Shown here: one piece after another, positions 59,688 through 64,000 of the stretch
How positions within the stretch are numbered: the first letter of the stretch is position 1
Layout: every line of letters starts with the position of its first letter
Assembly (NCBI GenBank): GCA_964016885.1
Contig: OZ024740.1
Location: forward strand, 43,648,001-43,712,000
Length of the DNA stretch: 64,000 nucleotides
From: Eledone cirrhosa
Taxonomy: Eukaryota
Direction: 5' to 3'
The notes under the pieces: model-generated
What the model saw: only the letters and a program-made list of their open reading frames with translations
What the model was told of the DNA's origin: nothing
Databases searched by the model: none
Translations under genes and position numbers: made by a program

Positions 59688-62600
59688 TTTTCTTTATTAA
59701 CCACAAGGGTTCACATAAAGTAGACATTAAGGACAGTACAGGATAATACAGGACGGTACAAATGGGCATTTCTGCGTGTAAAAAAACAGAGGTTGAAATA
59801 AAATAACAAAGAAAAATTCCCCAATAGAGGGGAGACTTCCAAGGGACATTTGTGGAGAAAGCCCATTAAAAGACCACAGTGGCCCTGACCACCAGGGCAA
59901 GTGCCCTCTCCCAGTTGTCCACCTTTAATTTACAGACACATACTCAGAGAAGGCCCATTCATTCGGGCCATACTTGCTTCTCTCACCCATCTTTCAACAA
60001 AATGCTGGGAAGAGAGCACTTCCCTCTCTACCCTGATTTTCCTTTTCAAATTAAATTTGAAAAAGTTAATCAGGGCATCACCGAAGAGGTAAGTGCTCGT
60101 CTTCAGCCCTTTCAAACGTGTCCACCATACTATCTCTTTCGCCATGGCCACCAGACAGATAAAAACTGCCTGCCCTTCCAGGCTAAATGAAGGGGGCGGG
60201 GAAATCCTCACGATGGACTCAGCTGATAGCTGGATCCGACCTACGCGTGACAGCAGGTGTTCGACATAAACCCACAAGTCAGCAATGCTCGGACACTGGA
60301 CGAGTGCGTGCAGGACGGTTTCGTCGCCCTGCGCGCATCACGGACATGCCCGGCTGACGGCACCTCCATGCCTGTAGAGTTTATCCCGAACTAGCAAAGC
60401 TCCTCGGTAGCACTGCCAGGCCAGGGATTTCTGGAAGTTGTCCATAGGCCCCGGCCCGAAAGTCCTTCCGAAGAGATTGGCTAGTTGATTTTCGTCGACG
60501 CCTAGAGTTTCTCCAAGTACGTCGTCGCTCTTCCCCTCCACTAATCCCCTATAGAACGCCAAGGTGGAGTTTCCACCGATCACATTGCCCGATTGGTCGA
60601 GGGCTGTGAGCGGCTGAAGACATTCCAGTCTCCAAGCGCTCCCTCTCGGTCTTCGCTTGACCCAGGACTGCAGCTCCGTCAATGAGACGAGCTGGGGAAA
60701 AACGTGTCTTGCAAACGGCGACCACACCTGATCACCGTCGAGGAAGAGGTGGAGATGTCGTAGCCTGAGCGCGTGTCTGCGCATCATCAGCCACGGCATT
60801 CCCAGCCCTCCAGGTAGCTTGTGTTGACAGCAGATGGACCGCCTGACCATCGGAGCGCGTCCCTTCCACAAGAAGCGAAAGAGCAAACGCTCCAGCGCAG
60901 TCAGGCGGGGCTTAGGACAAGGTACGACGGTCAGGCGGTAGTAGATGACGGATGCGATGTACGCATTCGCCACCTCCGCTCGACCTTTCAGGGATAGCTT
61001 CCTCTCGGCCCATTTCTGGGTGAGAGAAGCCACCCTGCTCGTCACCTCGTCCCAGTTTTTGTCCGTCTGGAGGTCTGGACCGAACCAGACCCCTAGCAAT
61101 GTAACCGGTCCGTCCGTCCAGCGCCCGACGACGCTGTTGGACGGCATGGACCTGCCTCTCCAGGTGCCGAGCTGCAGGCCCACTGACTTTTCCTGGTTGA
61201 TCATTGCTCGTCACCGCTTCGTATTCTCTTAGTGTAGTGCCGATCGCCTCGATGTGTTTGGCGTTCGACACCACTACGGTGACATCATCGGCATATGCTG
61301 ACACGGATCTTCCGCATCCTAGTTTGCGCGGGACCCCCCTCAACGTCTCCAGTTTGTGCAGTAATGTCTCGAGAGTCAATACGTACAATAGGGACGAGAG
61401 GGGACATCCTTGGCGGACCGAGCGCATGATGTTGAACGGTTCCGAAAGGTGACCGTTCACTCTCACTACAGAGCAGATGTCGCTGTGCATGGCAGCGATC
61501 CAGCCTCTGAAGACGGGCCCAAAGCCAGCCGCCCTCAGGACTGCCGCTAGGTAACGATGGTCGACCCTATCGAAGGCTTTCGACTGATCTAAATTGATCA
61601 AAGACCCACCCGTGCAAGGTTCCCTAGCTACCCTCTCTACGATGTATCGCATGAGGTGGAGGTTGTCGTGGATGGATCTGTCGAGAATGGCGCATGTCTG
61701 TGCCTCTCCCACCAGACCACCAACGACAAGCGCCAACCTCTTTGCTAGCACCTTGGCCAAAATCTTGAACTCTGTGTTTAACAGTGTTATGGGCCTAAAA
61801 TTATCTATGTTATCCCCCTTGTTCGGATCCTTTCTCAGCAGCGCCACCGCTCCTCGGCTCACAGAGCTGGGAATTCTCCCGTTCTGTTGCCAGTTGCAGT
61901 AGACGTCCGCCAAGAGGCCTCCGAACAAGTTTGGCATTTGTACATAAAGTTCATAGGGCAGACCATCCAAACAAGGCGATTTACCCCTTGTGCAACTAGT
62001 CATTGCATCCCGTACTTCAGCGGTTGTTATCGGCTTTTCGCAACACTCCGCCTCAGTGGGCGAAAGCCGCGGCAGTCCGTCGAGATAGACACTAAAGTCC
62101 ATCCCTCGATCCGGTCCGCCACTGCCCCCGAACAGTTGAGCGAAGTGTCGCTGAAAAGCTTCACACATTTGCCCGGGATCGAGTAGCATGCGCCCGTCGT
62201 GGTCCACCAAAGACCGGATCGTGGCTTTGTTGCCACGACGCGCTTCCGCCACTCGGGCCCATTGAACGGCTTTCGTCCCCTCGTGTCTGAGAGCACGCAC
62301 CCTAGCTCTGACAACGCAGCCTTCGTGCTTTGCATTGAAGAATTGGTCAAGGGCCAATTTCGCCGCAAGTACGTCGGTCGCGATGCCTTTGCTAAGCACC
62401 TCATCTAATTTTCTAACTAATTCTCCCTCTGCTCTATTTTTCTCTATTGCTAAAGTCTTACTAAACCTAATGGACTCTATTCTAATTGCTCTTTTCAGAG
62501 CAAACCACCACTTGTTGTTGACGATGGCCCCCGTCAACGCCCGCTTAACTAGTTCGCTAATCCGGTCTCTGTAGGCCTTGCGCGCTGGTAAGGACGCGTT

Positions 62601-64000
62601 TAGCTTCCAGTAGCCGGGTCCTCGTCTATGAAGCCTATCTAAGTCAAGCACACAGATCACGAATTTGTGGTCCGTGTAGCTGGCTATCTTGAATTGTGGA
62701 CAGCCTATGCTAGACCTATCTATTTCCCTACAAAATACTCTATCTAGATATGATCTGGATGACCATATGCGATTTGTCCAAGTCCACATTGGTACATTCG
62801 GGAAATCCATTTGGTACCTGTCAGACAGTTCAAAACGTCTGAGCAGGTTGGTGAGACTCTTGCACCCTCCTTCCCTATCCACTAATCCCACACAATATCA
62901 GCGTGCATCTAAGATCCCGTTCCAGTCGCCCACTAACACTAAAGAGCGGGACGTTCCAAGAAAGGTCTCCAGACGCCGGAAGAAATCAGGCCGCCCTGCT
63001 CCTGTCGGGGCATAGACGGCCACTAACCTGAAAGCTTGCCCGTCTCCGCTGGTCACGTCCAGCACCACCAACTTACCTTCTGGGTCCAGGAAGATGGCCC
63101 GTATGGCAAGATCCAAACCTCTCCGAAAAAGCACAGCAACTCCTCCCCCCGATCCCGGACGGCTGGGAGATGCGTACACATCGTAGCCGCCGAAGATCGG
63201 TGCGAAAGCCTGTGCTTCGGAGATTCTGGTCTCGCTGATGGCCACTACATCTATGTTTAGTGACCTGAGGTCGTTGAGCAGGTGGCCCTGCTTCCATGAC
63301 GACCCCAAGCCACGCGCATTTATGCTGCCTATTCTGAGTGAGGTCATGTTGAAAAGTAGTGGAAAAGATGGGAAAGACCACTTACCTTACTTCTCGTAGG
63401 GGAAGGACGGTTTTTCCATCCTTTTCACTGCTTGTGGCCTCCTCAGGAAGGATGTCCTTATAAATCCTCCTGGAGAGTGCTTGTCGGAAGTCTCCGATGT
63501 CTTAGGGGAATTTTTGTTTTAGTGTCATGTACGTTTTTTGTGTGATGCGAGTGATTTGTATGTGTGGAGGTGGTGTGAATTTTGGGGTTGTTGTGTAGTT
63601 TCTTTCTGTGATGCTGGTGTTGTGTTGGATGTAGTGTAATAATTGCTTGTTGTTCAAATTTAATGCTGTGTAGTGTGTATCGTTTTGGTTGTTTTGTTTT
63701 GTTTGCGTTTGTTGTGGGTTTGTTTCTGTTTCGCATTTTGGTGACTTTTGTGGTGTAGGTGATGGTGGTGTTGGAGTTAATGATGGTGATGGTGTTGGTG
63801 TTTGGGTTGATGGGGTTGGTGATGCTGGTGTGGATGGTGGCATATCTGTCCTAACTTTTTTGTTTCTTAGTTTATTTGTTTCCCTCTGTATTTTGTTTTT
63901 GGAGGGGGAAGGAAGAGAATTTTTTCTTTTTTGGTTTCTTTTTTTTTTCCGGATATCGTTTCCCAGTCCTCGTCGTCACAATCTGTCTCCAGTTGTGATA
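59687..64000 (-). mobile_element. Tx1-clade element, lineage B copy b (continues beyond window); ORF2 at 59930-63347 with two stops and one frameshift
   Basis: APE/RT/CCHC motifs in ORFs 62898-63347, 60912-62891, 60338-61204 and 59930-60277; ORF1 C-terminal part from ~63383. Confidence 0.95.

Noticed and set aside
10501-63260. Recurrent plus-strand ORFs antisense to Tx1 ORF1/ORF2
   Set aside because: Shadow frames repeated because the elements are repeated; no motifs.
10021-64000. Telomeric retrotransposon array or CRISPR-like array
   Set aside because: No TTAGGG/TTAGG repeats, chromosome position is unknown, and the spacers are microsatellites between multi-kb elements.

Overview
AT-rich, microsatellite-laden animal genomic DNA; the SINE type suggests a cephalopod or other mollusc (inference). 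No host gene is convincingly visible. From 10044 to the window end (~54 kb) is an almost gap-free array of non-LTR retrotransposons in an (AAT)n microsatellite. It holds ten minus-strand Tx1/L1-clade units (APE endonuclease, RT, CCHC) from about six lineages (A1, A2, B, C, C-like D, E). One copy (10044-15872) has an intact 1139-aa ORF2. Three plus-strand R4/Dong-like RLE elements use the same repeat in the opposite orientation. Copies of one tRNA-derived SINE sit at TAAT|G sites, and its 3' tail mimics the Tx1 3' stem-loop. The main inference is an (ATT)n-specific Tx1 family whose 3' end regenerates its own target, building arrays with ~18-bp (AAT)6 spacers and mobilising a partner SINE. All copies with an ORF1/ORF2 junction carry a consensus 5' splice-donor motif 37-40 nt upstream of the ORF2 ATG. 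Positions 1-2560 are a plus-strand Tx1 copy. Positions 2.6-10 kb hold simple repeats, palindromic repeats, a MITE-like element and a Penelope-type minimal hammerhead relic. All alignments were done by eye.
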